Shown: in pieces, positions 62,800-64,000 of the stretch
How positions within the stretch are numbered: the stretch's first letter is position 1
How the letters are laid out: each line of letters starts with the position of its first letter
Assembly: GCA_000004695.1 (NCBI GenBank)
Contig: CM000154.2
Span: forward strand, 192,001 to 256,000
From: Dictyostelium discoideum
Taxonomy: Eukaryota
DNA: 64,000 nt
Direction of reading: 5' to 3'
Translations under genes and position numbers: made by a program
The notes under the pieces: model-generated
Databases searched by the model: none
Seen by the model: the letters and a program-made list of their open reading frames with translations, nothing else
Told to the model about the DNA's origin: nothing

Positions 62800-62941
62800 T
62801 TTGTTGATATTTTAAGGAATTTAGCCTACATATATATTAAATTAAAAAAAGTATAATAATAATAATAATATAATAATAATAATATAATAATAATAATAAT
62901 ATAATAATAATAATATTAATAAAAAAAATAAGAATAACAAG

Positions 62942-62981
<40 letters not shown>

Positions 62982-63716
62982 AAACTCTCCTAGAACACAC
63001 TCAAATTGAGTGATGTTATTAAAAAAAAAAAATATATTAAATTTATATTATATGGGATTTTCCCTGTATAGCTTGTCGTTCGTTACAATAATAATTATTA
63101 TTACTATCAATTATCTCTAAAAATCAGTTATTAGAAAATTAAATATTTTTAAAATTAGTATAATATTTTAATTATTAAGTTTTAGCAAAATGCCAACCCA
63201 TTTTATATATACTATAAAATGCAAATTAAATATAAATAAATAAACAAATTAAACTAACAAATAAAATATAATTTATATAAGTCTTTCTAGTATACCACTT
63301 CCGTTACATCTCAAGAAGAAGCAACTAATTTGCTTGAGTTATTCCATTCAAAAATATATATAATTTCAATCTTATATAAAAAAAGGAGGACCAATAAAAT
63401 CCTCTTCATAGAATAAATAAATAAATACAAAGAAGACAAAAAAAATACAAATTCATAAAGAGCTAAAAAACTTTGTGATTTAGAAGAAAAATCTCACTTG
63501 TGAGGCGAAAAATATAGCCCAGAAAAATCAGATTGTCTAACACTCCACAAATTCATAAAGAGTTAATCTTCCAGGACACCTATCTATTTTTATAGATAAA
63601 ATGAAAACAAGAATCTTAGGAAAAGCAACTAACAATTGCATTATCCAATTCAACAACAAAAAAATAGTAAATAAATAAATGAATTGAAATTACAAATATT
63701 TTTTTTTATTATTATT

Positions 63717-64000
63717 TTAATCTTTAAGTAAAATACCGACGATACCACCAATATTATAACCCATACCCAAGTAATTTTGACTCTTGTAATCAGAGATTGT
63801 TAATTTGAATTCAGTGGTAAGTTGATTACCATTATGGAAAATGTTAATGGTTTCTTTGACAATTACTTCGAGGATACCAAGTTCACCACTTTCTATATTT
63901 GTAGCAAGTGCTTTAATTTCACTAGCGAGATTTTGAACATTACAAGTTTCAAAAGCAATAGCAACTTCGAGTAAACCACTACCTAAATCCATTAAACCTT
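63717..64000 (-). CDS. 3' part of a gene running off the window end; product unknown
   Basis: ORF 63717..63992 (...LGILEVIVKETINIFHNGNQLTTEFKLTISDYKSQNYLGMGYNIGGIVGILLKD*) is open to the window edge. Confidence 0.35.
   Translation of the reverse strand, partial: GLMDLGSGLLEVAIAFETCNVQNLASEIKALATNIESGELGILEVIVKETINIFHNGNQLTTEFKLTISDYKSQNYLGMGYNIGGIVGILLKD

Overview
This window is eukaryotic nuclear DNA, almost certainly from Dictyostelium discoideum. GC is very low, and intergenic and intronic stretches are AT deserts with 30-50 nt poly(A)/poly(T) runs. (AAT)n and (CAA)n microsatellites inside ORFs encode poly-Asn and poly-Gln. Introns are short (70-260 bp), with GTAAGT, GTATGT or GTAAAT donors and ...AG acceptors. 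The supplied ORF track is prokaryote-style: it accepts TTG and GTG as 'M' and ignores introns. Many listed ORFs are therefore single exons of spliced genes (for example 'M' at 4824 and 31799 is TTG, at 6307 GTG), and many others are homopolymer or microsatellite artefacts. Reading across splice sites gives about 25 protein-coding genes. Those I recognise are: a Sib/integrin-beta-like adhesion receptor; a G8 + beta-helix CEMIP/TMEM2-like secreted protein; adenosine deaminase (two-domain, 3 exons, with an apparent 1-nt frame break); the FH1-less formin ForC (reconstructed 1158 aa); interaptin (abpD, reconstructed 1738 aa, 3 exons); 3-methylcrotonyl-CoA carboxylase alpha (699 aa, 2 exons); an ankyrin-TBC RabGAP; an IucA/IucC-type siderophore-synthetase-like protein; RanBP1; MLH1; and a TatD-family nuclease fused to a Mss4-like zinc ribbon. 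The rest are secreted, membrane or N/Q-rich hypothetical proteins. There is one tRNA-Ala(AGC) gene with a Pol III T6 terminator and a downstream external B box. No prokaryotic-type system (CRISPR, operon) is present. The most interesting points are the ADA frame break and pseudo-deaminase second domain, the bacterial-type NIS synthetase gene, the TatD/zinc-ribbon fusion, and an unusual non-AT-rich non-coding block next to the tRNA gene.
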